Positions 53,636 through 62,246 of a DNA stretch of 64,000 bases are shown piece by piece. Source of the DNA: an uncultured Verrucomicrobiae bacterium (GTDB lineage: Bacteria; Verrucomicrobiota; Verrucomicrobiia; Chthoniobacterales; UBA10450); contig CAVSDR010000004.1 in assembly GCA_963726745.1 (NCBI GenBank), positions 96,001 through 160,000 on the forward strand, given 5' to 3'. Below the pieces are notes generated by a model, which made no database searches, was not told where the DNA came from, and saw only the letters and a program-made list of their open reading frames with translations. The position numbers and the translations under genes were made by a program. Numbering within the stretch: position 1 is the stretch's first letter; each line of letters opens with the position of its first letter.

Positions 53636-54058
53636 GTGGAAGTCTACGTTCACAAAGCTGGTCAGCAGCATGGCCCATTCACGGACGAAGAGGTGATCGC
53701 TTCGCTGCGCAATGGCGCATTCGCGGCTGACGATCTCGGGTGGCGCGAAGGCCAAGGTGACTGGCTTCCTCTTGCGCAGCTCTACCTGGCCGCTTCGCGA
53801 CCGGTGGGCGCAGCGCCTCCACCTGTGCTAACGGTCTCCCGCGCACAGAAGAAGTCGAAGGTTGAGTTCGCGGGATGGGGCGCGGCACTTCAGGCTATCG
53901 GCCTGCTACTTTGCTTCACTATTGTAGGCGCGCTTATGGGTATTCCACTGATGATTATCGGCGGGCGCATGTCACGCAAACTCATCTGCACACACTGTGG
54001 CAATCAAACCACAGCAGAAGCGAAGATTTGTTCGGCTTGTGGCGCACACTTCGCATGA
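53636..54058 (+). CDS. Cassette 1: GYF_2/DUF4339 domain + TM hairpin + zinc ribbon
   Basis: QQHGPFTDEEV...WREGQGDW; two hydrophobic helices; CTHCG...CSACG. Confidence 0.8.
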   Translation: MEVYVHKAGQQHGPFTDEEVIASLRNGAFAADDLGWREGQGDWLPLAQLYLAASRPVGAAPPPVLTVSRAQKKSKVEFAGWGAALQAIGLLLCFTIVGALMGIPLMIIGGRMSRKLICTHCGNQTTAEAKICSACGAHFA

Positions 54059-54071
54059 AAACGCAAAAGAG

Positions 54072-54195
54072 ACCTGACCAGGCGATGCAGCGAACCGCTG
54101 GCCGCTCCGCGTTCCCACTTTCGATGACTTCCACATCCTACCTGCAGCGGCGTGCGCTCTCGCCAGCGGTCGCCTGATCTTGGGTCTCGTTAGGC
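54072..54195 (+). other. attC site 1
   Basis: R'' ACCTGAC, L'' GATGCAGC, inner stem GCGAACCGCTGGC/GCCAGCGGTCGC, L' GC(C)TGATC, R' GTTAGGC. Confidence 0.85.
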
Positions 54196-54205
54196 GGCTA
54201 CGCAC

Positions 54206-54935
54206 GTGAGCTACTTCATTTATCAAGAGAGCGAGACATACGGCCCGTACCCGCTTGAGCAGTTGCGAGCGCTTTGGGCCGAAGGGCGTGTTCAGACTGG
54301 CGCCCTCTTCTGCGAAGAGGGCGCCGAGGAGTGGCGAGATATTGCGGAGCTGCGATCGCGGCTGGAGCCGCAGCCGCGGCTGCCCGCCGCGGTTCGTGCG
54401 TCGCCACCATTACCGGTACAGCAGAAAAGCGCTGCGCCTCGCAAAAACACAGCTCTTGTCGCCGCTGGTGTCGTTGGACTATTCGCTTTCTTCATTATCA
54501 TTGGCGTTGTCTCGCAGAGTACGACACCGACGCCAGTTGTAGGCGGGCGTAGTGCCGCCGCCGGAGTGATGTACCGATGCAGAGTCGGCGCTTCGCAGCG
54601 CCGACTACAACCGGACCGCACAGCTATTGAATCGAATTTCCGACGAGTATCCCGACAGCTCGCAGGCACAGACAGTTCGCGACCTGGCGTCATTCCTTCG
54701 CAACCGGCAAGCGAGTCGCGAAGGCCCGTTCACGGCGGGCGAAGCGGAGCGCCTTCGCGCCGTAATGGATTCATGGGAGAAGATCCGTGCGAATTACCGC
54801 GTCACCACACCAGAGAAGCGTCGTGCCTTGGAAGCGATTTTCGGGCGTGAGACTTTCCAGACGACAGATGTCGGCTTGGAGAGCATCAGCACATCCGCTA
54901 CTAAGCTTCGAGATAGCGTGGACAGAGCGCGATGA
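54206..54935 (+). CDS. Cassette 2: GYF_2/DUF4339 domain + TM + TPR-like C-terminus (+1 frameshift near 54572)
   Basis: TYGPYPLEQL...EGAEEW; TM; reframed DAESALRSADYNRTAQLLNRISDEYPDSSQA; stop just before attC 2. Confidence 0.75.
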
Positions 54936-54942
54936 CACCGCC

Positions 54943-55067
54943 GCCTAACCATGCGATGGAGCGAAACGGCGGACCGCTCTGCAATTCACTTTTGAGATGA
55001 CTACTTCTCTTCCACTTCGAGCGGCGCGAGCCCTCGCCAGCGGTCGCTCATCTTGTTCTCGTTAGGT
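54943..55067 (+). other. attC site 2
   Basis: R'' GCCTAAC, L'' GATGGAGC, L' GCTCATC, R' GTTAGGT; similar in sequence to attC 1. Confidence 0.88.
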
Positions 55068-55260
55068 GCTGAGACGTCGCGATGAGATTGCTGGCTAATT
55101 TCTCCGAACGGCCGTCGCGCGGCGCGGTGGCCCGCCGGGCGGACCGCCCAGCCTCCGGGGTCAGAGCTTGAATCTCGGCAGTTTTGGCGCTCTTCGGGCA
55201 CTGGCGGCGCCCCCTTTTTTTCTTGCCTAACGGGCGCTGCCTTTTCAAACATCGCGGCCT

Positions 55261-55950
55261 ATGGACGACTCTCAAAGGAACACGCTGGCGATGTTTAAGA
55301 CGGTGCGGACTTACCTGGGCGAGCATCAGTCGGTTTGGCAGGGGGTGCCGGCGATTGCGACGGTGAAGTCGGCCTTTTCGACGGTGGTGGACGGGATCGA
55401 TGCGGCGGTCGAGCGGCAGGAACAGCCTTCGACCGGAATCACCCAGGAGAAGCAGGATCGGCGCGATGTCCTGGAGGGTTTGATCCTTTCCCTGGGTCAC
55501 ACGGTGGCGGCTTATGCGGAGATGAGCGGGAACCACGCGATGGCCGCGGAGGTGGATTACACCCCGTCGCGGCTGGATACGATGAATGAGGAGCGGCTGG
55601 ACGATGCAGCCACGCGGGTGATTGACCATGCCAGTGCCCATATCGCCGACTTAACTGCGCAATATAACCTAACGAGTGCAATGGTGACGGCGCTGACGGC
55701 GGCGCGCGATGCCTTCAAGGCGGACCAGCCGAAACCGCAGGCGAAGATTTCGGCCAAGGCCGGGGAGACGGCCTCGCTCCCGGAGAAGTTCCGGCAGGCG
55801 CGCACCCTCCTGCGCCGGCAGCTCGACAAGCTGATGATGGCTTTCCGCGCGACCAACCCGGAGTTCTATGCCGGCTACCTGAGCGCGCGGGTGGTGATCG
55901 ACCGGCGCGGGCCGGGAAAGCCGGCTCAACCCACGCCACCGACGCCCTAA
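55261..55950 (+). CDS. Hypothetical all-alpha protein (229 aa)
   Basis: Clean ORF with GC3 bias; amphipathic helices; C-terminal LDKLM...NPEFYAGYLSARVVID block. Confidence 0.8.
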   Translation: MDDSQRNTLAMFKTVRTYLGEHQSVWQGVPAIATVKSAFSTVVDGIDAAVERQEQPSTGITQEKQDRRDVLEGLILSLGHTVAAYAEMSGNHAMAAEVDYTPSRLDTMNEERLDDAATRVIDHASAHIADLTAQYNLTSAMVTALTAARDAFKADQPKPQAKISAKAGETASLPEKFRQARTLLRRQLDKLMMAFRATNPEFYAGYLSARVVIDRRGPGKPAQPTPPTP

Positions 55951-56030
55951 GGGCGCAAATCGCTGGGAGGGAGGCGTTTTCGGATGCTCGCGAAAGGGAT
56001 CGACCAGAGCGGGAGCCGATCTCGGCGGAG

Positions 56031-56387
56031 CCAGACAGCCAAATGGAGGCGCCAAGGTGCAGATCATCTGGCCCAAACGGCAACTCATCTTCGCCAAACG
56101 GCAACTCATCTTCGCCAAACGGCAATTCATCTTCGCCAAACGGCAATTCATCTTCGCCAGACGGCAATTCATCTTCGCCAAACGGCAATTCATCTTCGCC
56201 AGACGGCAACTCATCTTCGCCAGACGGCAACTCCTCTGCGCCAAAGTGCAGGCTATTTTCCCCAGACGGCATCTCGCATGGCCCGGACGGCAACTCCTTT
56301 TCCCCGGATGGCAACTCCCCGGGCCCGGACGGCAGCTCGTGTGGGCCTGAGCGCCTCTCCCCTTCTCCAGACGCCCAGCCGAACCTT
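56031..56387 (+). repeat. 21-bp-period tandem array: 8 near-identical core units plus about 9 degenerate flanking units
   Basis: Core consensus CCARACGGCAAYTCATCTTCG at 56073-56240; the phase is kept from 56031 to about 56387. Confidence 0.9.
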
Positions 56388-56405
56388 GCGGGAGGACGCC
56401 GCGTG

Positions 56406-56732
56406 ATGGAAACGGACGAGTCCCGACCGACGGCGGGCGCCGGCGAAGGGCTGGACCTCGACCGGGTGCTGGCCGCGATCGGGGATGGATCGCGCTGGCG
56501 CATCCTGGTGGCGCTGGCGGAGCGGGACAATGTGCTGGTAAACGAGCTGGCGGAGCTGCTGGGCCGGAATGCGAGCACGGTTTCGAAGCACCTGCGTTTC
56601 CTGCGCGAGGCCGGCCTGGTGGAAGCGGGCCGGGGGCGGCTCTACCGGATCGCGCCGCAGCTCGCACTCGACCGGGAGAAGGGCGAGCTGGACCTCGGCT
56701 TTGCCGTGCTGCGGTTCCATCCTGCTGGCTAA
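56406..56732 (+). CDS. ArsR/SmtB family winged-helix regulator
   Basis: GGAGGA RBS at 56391; AIGDGSRWRIL...VNELAELLGRNASTVSKHLRFLREAGLV. Confidence 0.85.
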   Translation: METDESRPTAGAGEGLDLDRVLAAIGDGSRWRILVALAERDNVLVNELAELLGRNASTVSKHLRFLREAGLVEAGRGRLYRIAPQLALDREKGELDLGFAVLRFHPAG

Positions 56733-56898
56733 AAACGGCCGGGCGCGCCTGGAAGGAGGTGCCGGGCGGGCGTCGACGGTGGACCGGGAGCGTTCCGGTC
56801 GCGCGAGGCGCGATGGGGCACCCATGTCTCCTCCCTTAGGAAACCTCAAGAGAATGATTTTTCTGGCCATTCCGAAGCGGTCTCGTTAGACCAACCGA

Positions 56899-57666
56899 AT
56901 GAAATCCCCCCAAAACCTCCTGCTCGCGAGCGGCCTCGCGCTCCTCCTTCCCTTTCTGACCGCCACGGCGGTCCACGCCCAGAGCGTGGTGGTGCCCGGC
57001 GGAAATGCCGGCACCGAAGGAAATCAGAACAACCTCATCCCATTTAGCTTTAACAATAATCGCTACCAGCAGGTCTACGGCGCCTCGGCCTTTGCCGGAG
57101 TGCCGGCGGGCGGAGCGTATCTCACCCAGATCGCCTTCCGGCCAGATGCGGAATTCGGCGCCGCGTTTGCCAGCATCCTGCCGAGCGTGCGGATCGACCT
57201 GGCCGTGACCATGGCGGCGGTGGACGGTCTGAGCACGACGTTTGCGAGCAATCTCACCAGCGGGTCGACGATCGTTTACGGCGGGGTCAGTGGCGCCGCG
57301 CTTGCCCTCTCCAGTGCTTTCACCGGTCCGGCCGGCGGACCGAAAGCCTTCGATATCATCATCACCTTCACCACCCCGTTTTTCTACGATCCGGCATTGG
57401 GGAACCTGCTGCTCGACGTGCGGAACTTTGGCGGCGGAACGACGACCCTTTTCGACGCGCAAAGCATGCTGAACGACAGCATTTCCCGGGTGGGCACGTT
57501 TGGCGGCGGCGTGGGCTCGGCCACGGGGAACTTTGCGGACTCTCTCGGCCTGGTGACGAAGTTCACCTACGCGCCGGCGGCTGCCCCGGAGAATGCGGAG
57601 AGCGCACTGCTCCTCGGCCTGGGCGCGGGTGCTCTCTTTTGGCTGCGGCGGCGGGTGGCGGCGTAA
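56899..57666 (+). CDS. Secreted protein with a PEP-CTERM/VPDSG-CTERM-like sorting tail
   Basis: Signal peptide; C-terminus APENAESALLLGLGAGALFWLRRRVAA. Confidence 0.75.
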   Translation: MKSPQNLLLASGLALLLPFLTATAVHAQSVVVPGGNAGTEGNQNNLIPFSFNNNRYQQVYGASAFAGVPAGGAYLTQIAFRPDAEFGAAFASILPSVRIDLAVTMAAVDGLSTTFASNLTSGSTIVYGGVSGAALALSSAFTGPAGGPKAFDIIITFTTPFFYDPALGNLLLDVRNFGGGTTTLFDAQSMLNDSISRVGTFGGGVGSATGNFADSLGLVTKFTYAPAAAPENAESALLLGLGAGALFWLRRRVAA

Positions 57667-57754
57667 ACGCGGCGGGATGGCAGGGCGCGGGAGGTGATGG
57701 GCGCGGCCCGCGTTTACTCGTGCGCGCGAGACTGCGTGATGGCAGATTGCCAGC

Positions 57755-59149
57755 GTGATGAAGATGGCTCTCTGCCTCGCGTGCCTGCTCCTGGCTTTTT
57801 CCCCGGCAGCGCCGGGCCGCACTGAGATCGCCAAAGGCGACGTGGTGGTAGTGCCGCTGGAGGGGGAAGTCTCGCCCTCGCTCTTTTTCTTCCTCCGGCG
57901 CGCGGTGAAAAAGGCGGAAGCCAATGGAGCCTCCGCGATCGTCTTTGAAATGGACACCTACGGCGGGCGGCTGGACAGCGCGGAGGAGATCACCAAGCTG
58001 CTCAACCGCACCACGCTTCCGACCTACACCTTCATCAACACCAACGCCGGTTCCGCGGGCGCCTTGATCGCGCTTGCGACCCAGCACATTTACATGGCGC
58101 CGGTGAGTGCGATCGGCGCGGCCGCCCCGATCCAATCCGACGGCAAAGATCTCGGCGCGACTGCGAAGGAGAAGACGATCTCGTATTGGTCGGCGCTGGT
58201 CCGCGGGACCGCGAACCGCAACAGCCACAACCCGGACGTGGGCGAGGCGTTCATGAACAAGGAGAAGGAAGTGAAACTCGGCGACCGGGTGCTTCATCCC
58301 GCCGGCAGCCTCCTGACCTTGAACGCGCAGGAAGCGACCGCGCGGCACGACGGGAAGCCGCTGCTCGCGGAAGGCATCGCGGAGTCGGTCGCGGAAGTGG
58401 TGCAAAGGGCGGGGCTGAAGGGCGAGACCGTGCGGCTGGAGCCGGCGGGCTTTGAGCGGCTGGCGTTTTGGATCACCGCGCTCGCGCCCTTGCTCTTGTT
58501 AGGCGGCATGCTCGGGGCGTATCTCGAGTTCAAGCTCCCGGGCTTTGGCTTGCCGGGAATCGCGGCCGCGGTTTGCTTTGGGCTTTTTTTCTTTGGGCAC
58601 TATTTCGCGGGGCTCGCGGGTTGGGAGACGGTGGCGCTCTTCGGCCTGGGCGTGCTCCTGGTGCTGGCGGAGATTTTGTTCTTCGCGCACTCCACGATCA
58701 TCATCGGATTAGTCGGCGTCTTCTGCATTCTCGGCTCCCTGCTCTGGGCGATGATCGATCGCTTTCCGGGGCAGACTTTTCTCCCGACGAGCGCGATGTT
58801 GCGCGTGCCCATTATGAATCTCCTTCTCGCCATGGTCGCCGCCGCTTTCGCCATCGCGCTGCTCGCGCGTTACCTCCCGCGCACCAGCGTCTACCGGCGC
58901 TTCGTCTTGTCGGCTGATATCCCGAGCGGCCCTTCGATCCTGGGCGATGCGCCGCATTTCCCGCCGCCCGTGCGGGTCGCGACCGGCGCGGAAGGAACGG
59001 CGGTCACGTCCCTGCGCCCGAGCGGCAAGGCACGCTTCGGCGAGCACGTGGTCGACGTCGTCACCGAGGGGGAATTCATCTCCGCGGAAAGCGCGGTCGC
59101 GGTCGTCTCGACCGACGGCATGCGCGTGGTCGTGAAGGTGCGCGCTTGA
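57755..59149 (+). CDS. NfeD family membrane-bound serine protease
   Basis: MDTYGG, AGSAGALIAL, IGAAAP, TM bundle, C-terminal LRPSGKA...VDVVTEGEFI. Confidence 0.9.
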   Translation: MMKMALCLACLLLAFSPAAPGRTEIAKGDVVVVPLEGEVSPSLFFFLRRAVKKAEANGASAIVFEMDTYGGRLDSAEEITKLLNRTTLPTYTFINTNAGSAGALIALATQHIYMAPVSAIGAAAPIQSDGKDLGATAKEKTISYWSALVRGTANRNSHNPDVGEAFMNKEKEVKLGDRVLHPAGSLLTLNAQEATARHDGKPLLAEGIAESVAEVVQRAGLKGETVRLEPAGFERLAFWITALAPLLLLGGMLGAYLEFKLPGFGLPGIAAAVCFGLFFFGHYFAGLAGWETVALFGLGVLLVLAEILFFAHSTIIIGLVGVFCILGSLLWAMIDRFPGQTFLPTSAMLRVPIMNLLLAMVAAAFAIALLARYLPRTSVYRRFVLSADIPSGPSILGDAPHFPPPVRVATGAEGTAVTSLRPSGKARFGEHVVDVVTEGEFISAESAVAVVSTDGMRVVVKVRA

Positions 59150-59150
59150 G

Positions 59151-59948
59151 ATGTTCGGGAGCTTGAAGGAACGACGCCGACGCCGGCTGCGGGCGGAGCC
59201 CATCCCGGAAGCGTGGCGCGCGATCATCGGGCGGAATCTGCCCTTCTTCGCCCACCTCCCGCAGGCGGACCAGGCGGAGCTGCTCGGCCACGCGCAGGTT
59301 TTGCTGGCGGAGAAAGGCTGGGAAGGCTGCGGCGGCCTGGAATTAACCGACGAGATCAAGGTCACGATCGCGGTGCAGGCCGGCCGGCTCCTCCTGCATC
59401 GGCCGACTGACTATTATCCACGGCTGCTGACCATCCTGATTTATCCGTCCGGCTTCATCGTCCCGCAGGAGCAACCGTTGGGCGACAGCGACATTTGGCA
59501 GGAAGGAAAAGAAGGCCGCCTGGGCGAAACCGGACGGCGGATGGGCTCGCTCGTCCTGGCGTGGGACACCGTGCTGGCAGATGCGCTCGATCCCTCCGAC
59601 GGGAAGAATCTCGTGCTGCACGAGTTTGCTCATCAACTGGACTTCGAGGATTCCGTGGCCGATGGCGCGCCCGTGCTGGGCTCGCGGAGCGATCGACGCT
59701 CCTGGGCAGAGGTGATGCGGATCGAATACGCCACGCTTTGCGCCGCGGTCGATACCGGCATTCCGACGCTGCTCGACGAATACGGCGCGACCGATCCAGC
59801 GGAGTTTTTCGCGGTCGCGACGGAAGCGTTTTTCGAGCGGCCGCTGGCGCTGCGCCGCTGGCATCCGCGGCTCTACGGCGAGCTGCAACATTTCTTCCGG
59901 CAGGATCCGCTGCTTTCGTCGAGCGAGCCGGCGTCGTTTGACCGCTAA
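59151..59948 (+). CDS. MtfA-like M90 zinc metallopeptidase
   Basis: NLVLHEFAHQLD, YGATDPAEFFAVATEAFFE. Confidence 0.92.
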   Translation: MFGSLKERRRRRLRAEPIPEAWRAIIGRNLPFFAHLPQADQAELLGHAQVLLAEKGWEGCGGLELTDEIKVTIAVQAGRLLLHRPTDYYPRLLTILIYPSGFIVPQEQPLGDSDIWQEGKEGRLGETGRRMGSLVLAWDTVLADALDPSDGKNLVLHEFAHQLDFEDSVADGAPVLGSRSDRRSWAEVMRIEYATLCAAVDTGIPTLLDEYGATDPAEFFAVATEAFFERPLALRRWHPRLYGELQHFFRQDPLLSSSEPASFDR

Positions 59949-59952
59949 GGGG

Positions 59953-60153
59953 TCAGCCGCCGGCGACGACGCGGATGAACTCGATCTGGTCGTTCTCGGC
60001 TAACGAGTGCTCGGCCCACTCGCGTTGATGGAGCGCGGTGCCGTTGTGCTCGATCAGGATGCTGTTCGGATGCAGGCCGAACTGGTCGGCTAATTCCGCC
60101 ACGGTGCGCGCGCCGCGGGTCTCGGCGCGTTCGCCATTCACGCGCACGGTCAT
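59953..60153 (-). CDS. thiS: Sulfur carrier protein
   Basis: MTVRVNGE...IEHNG...VVAGG C-terminal diglycine. Confidence 0.92.
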   Translation of the reverse strand: MTVRVNGERAETRGARTVAELADQFGLHPNSILIEHNGTALHQREWAEHSLAENDQIEFIRVVAGG

Positions 60154-61274
60154 GTCGCGAGCAGCGCCTGGTCCCAATCTTTCCACACCGGCTCAAGCCC
60201 GCGCGCGCGCAGCATGTCGGCTATTTCTCGCGGCGAACGTTCGTCGCTGATCTCGAATTGCCCGGTGGCGATCTGGTCGAGGCCGCCGTCGAACTCCGGC
60301 GCGACGATCCGGCCACGCACGGTCTGGTGAAGATTTTCGCGACCGAGGCGAGTGTAACCGCCGGGCTCGGTGTGGCTGCCGGCGCTCATCGTGGTGATCC
60401 CGAGCGGCACGAGCGCGTCGCGCAGCGGCGCCGGCTCCCGCGTGCTCAGGACAATGCCGACCTGCGGAAAGGTGATGCGCAGGGCGCAGATGAGCTGCGC
60501 AAGCTCGCGATCGCTCATGCCGTGGCTCGGCTGGAAACCGCCCGCCGCCGGACGAAGCCGCGGCAGGCTGACGCTAATCTGCGCCTGCCAGCAGCGCCGG
60601 AGTAAATAATCGACATGGGCTGCGAGCGCGAGCGCTTCCTCCCGCCAAGGCGCGAGGCCGAACAGCGCGCCAATGCCGAGACGCCGGAAGCCGGCTGCGT
60701 AGCCGCGTTCCGGGCAATCGAGGCGCCAGTTGAAGTCGCGCTTCGGTCCGGAGGTGTGCATCTCGGAATAGACCGCGCGATCATAGGTCTCCTGGTAAAC
60801 CACCAGCCCTTCCGCGCCCGCGTTTACGATCGGCCGGTATTCTTCCGTCTCCATCGGCCCGACCTCGATCGAAATCGAGGAGAACTCCGGCGCCAGCGCG
60901 CGCACGCAGTCGCTCAGGTAATCGCCGCTGACGAATTTCGGATGCTCGCCGGCAACCAGCAAAATCTGGCGAAAACCCTCGGCGGCCAGATGGCGCGCCT
61001 CGGCGATGACCTGCTCCTGCTCGAGAGTCACACGCAGGATCGGATTATCGCGCGAGAAGCCGCAGTAGCGGCAGTTGTTGATGCATTCGTTGGAAAGATA
61101 AAGCGGCGCGAAGAGCCGCATCGTGCGGCCGAAATTTTGCCGTGTGAGCCGACGTGCCTCCTGCGCGAGGGCCTCGAAGCTGCGAGCATCGTCCTGCGCC
61201 AGGAGTCGCTGGAAACCGGTCAGGCACGCGCTTTTTTCGAGCGCGAGCTGATCGAGAATGGGAGCGAAAGACAT
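60150..61274 (-). CDS. thiH: 2-iminoacetate synthase (radical SAM)
   Basis: FAPLYLSNECINNCRYCGF, YQETY, SLPRLRP, LSTRE, QFEISDERS. Confidence 0.93.
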   Translation of the reverse strand: MSFAPILDQLALEKSACLTGFQRLLAQDDARSFEALAQEARRLTRQNFGRTMRLFAPLYLSNECINNCRYCGFSRDNPILRVTLEQEQVIAEARHLAAEGFRQILLVAGEHPKFVSGDYLSDCVRALAPEFSSISIEVGPMETEEYRPIVNAGAEGLVVYQETYDRAVYSEMHTSGPKRDFNWRLDCPERGYAAGFRRLGIGALFGLAPWREEALALAAHVDYLLRRCWQAQISVSLPRLRPAAGGFQPSHGMSDRELAQLICALRITFPQVGIVLSTREPAPLRDALVPLGITTMSAGSHTEPGGYTRLGRENLHQTVRGRIVAPEFDGGLDQIATGQFEISDERSPREIADMLRARGLEPVWKDWDQALLAT

Positions 61275-61326
61275 CGGGGAAAAGTGCGGCCAGCGGCAGG
61301 CCGGTGCAATCGGCAAGAGGCCGGCT

Positions 61327-61366
61327 AAAAAAGAAAACGCCGGGAACACATACAGTGTTCCCGGCG
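61327..61366 (-). terminator. Intrinsic terminator of the outer-membrane protein gene
   Basis: CGCCGGGAACAC-loop-GTGTTCCCGGCG stem followed by a T-rich run on the minus strand. Confidence 0.85.
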
Positions 61367-61392
61367 CTCCTGTTTAAGCTTTAAGCGTTAGC

Positions 61393-62049
61393 TTAGAACG
61401 CGAAGTTCAGACCGGTGCGAACCTGCCAGAAATCATTCTGGCCGCCGTCGACTTGGTTGTAGCTCACGTCATTGGTCCAGCCGATGTGCTGGGTGATGCG
61501 GAACTCAAGACCGCCGCCGTATTGGGCGAAGAGCTTGCCGTCGTCGTTACGGTTGCTGTTCACGAACACGCCGTTGCCGTTGAAGAACAACTGCTCGCGG
61601 CCGCCACCGAAGATGCCACCCACACCAGCCCACGCGTAAGGCGCGAAACGGGTGCATGGGATCGGGTAACGGAAGGTGAACGTGCCGAGCGCGCCACCAG
61701 CGAAGTTATTGTTGTTGTCGTTGCGGCCGAAACGGTTGTTGTTCGTGGAATCGAGGCCGAGCCCGAAGCCCTGCACACCCACGCCGAAGAAGCGGCGGAA
61801 GAAGTACTTGATGTCAACCGCGCCACCGAAGGCGTGATCCACACCGAGATACTGGTCGTCGCGGTAGCTGTTGCTCGTGGGAGCATAGATGCCCGAGACG
61901 CCGATGTTCCATTCGTTGTCCGCATACCAGGTCGGGCAAGGCGCCGTCATGGTCTGCTTCATTTCTTTGCCAGAGTACGTTTCGGTACCTGCGTAAGCGG
62001 CCGAGACCAGGGCGGTCAGCGCGCACAAGGTTAAGGTCAGTTTTTTCAT
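61393..62049 (-). CDS. Outer-membrane beta-barrel protein
   Basis: Signal peptide, YSGKEMKQ segment, alternating beta strands, C-terminal GLNFAF. Confidence 0.85.
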   Translation of the reverse strand: MKKLTLTLCALTALVSAAYAGTETYSGKEMKQTMTAPCPTWYADNEWNIGVSGIYAPTSNSYRDDQYLGVDHAFGGAVDIKYFFRRFFGVGVQGFGLGLDSTNNNRFGRNDNNNNFAGGALGTFTFRYPIPCTRFAPYAWAGVGGIFGGGREQLFFNGNGVFVNSNRNDDGKLFAQYGGGLEFRITQHIGWTNDVSYNQVDGGQNDFWQVRTGLNFAF

Positions 62050-62246
62050 ATCGTTGTTTCTGTTTTTTTGGTTAAGTCCGGCTCTTCGTCAACGGGAAAG
62101 TGCCGCCGGTTACACTCTCTCCTCCGCTCTACATTGCTGCAGAGGCGGCGAAGGTGACACAGAAATCTGCGATTTCCAGTGCTTCTTCAAATCATTATCG
62201 CTCAAACCCCCGGTGGCGGTTGCCTCTGTTTACCGGGCGTTCCGCC

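Larger units (their letters stand above)
53617..55067 (+). mobile_element. Integron gene-cassette array lacking a nearby integrase (CALIN-like), two cassettes
   Basis: Two promoterless lower-GC ORFs, each followed by an attC of about 125 bp; each cassette start is complementary to its own R''. Confidence 0.85.

Noticed and set aside
53875..54177. Small ORF containing PDQAMQRTAGRSAF, and the similar reading across attC 2
   Set aside because: These are translations across attC sequence, not credible genes.
56073..56240. CRISPR array
   Set aside because: Units are contiguous 21-mers with no unique spacers, and no cas genes are in the window.
56733..56892. Third attC ending at TCTCGTTAGAC
   Set aside because: No RYYYAAC box or L''/L' stem at a suitable distance upstream.
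61275..61392. TPP riboswitch upstream of thiH
   Set aside because: No CTGAGA-type core; the only structure is the upstream gene's terminator.
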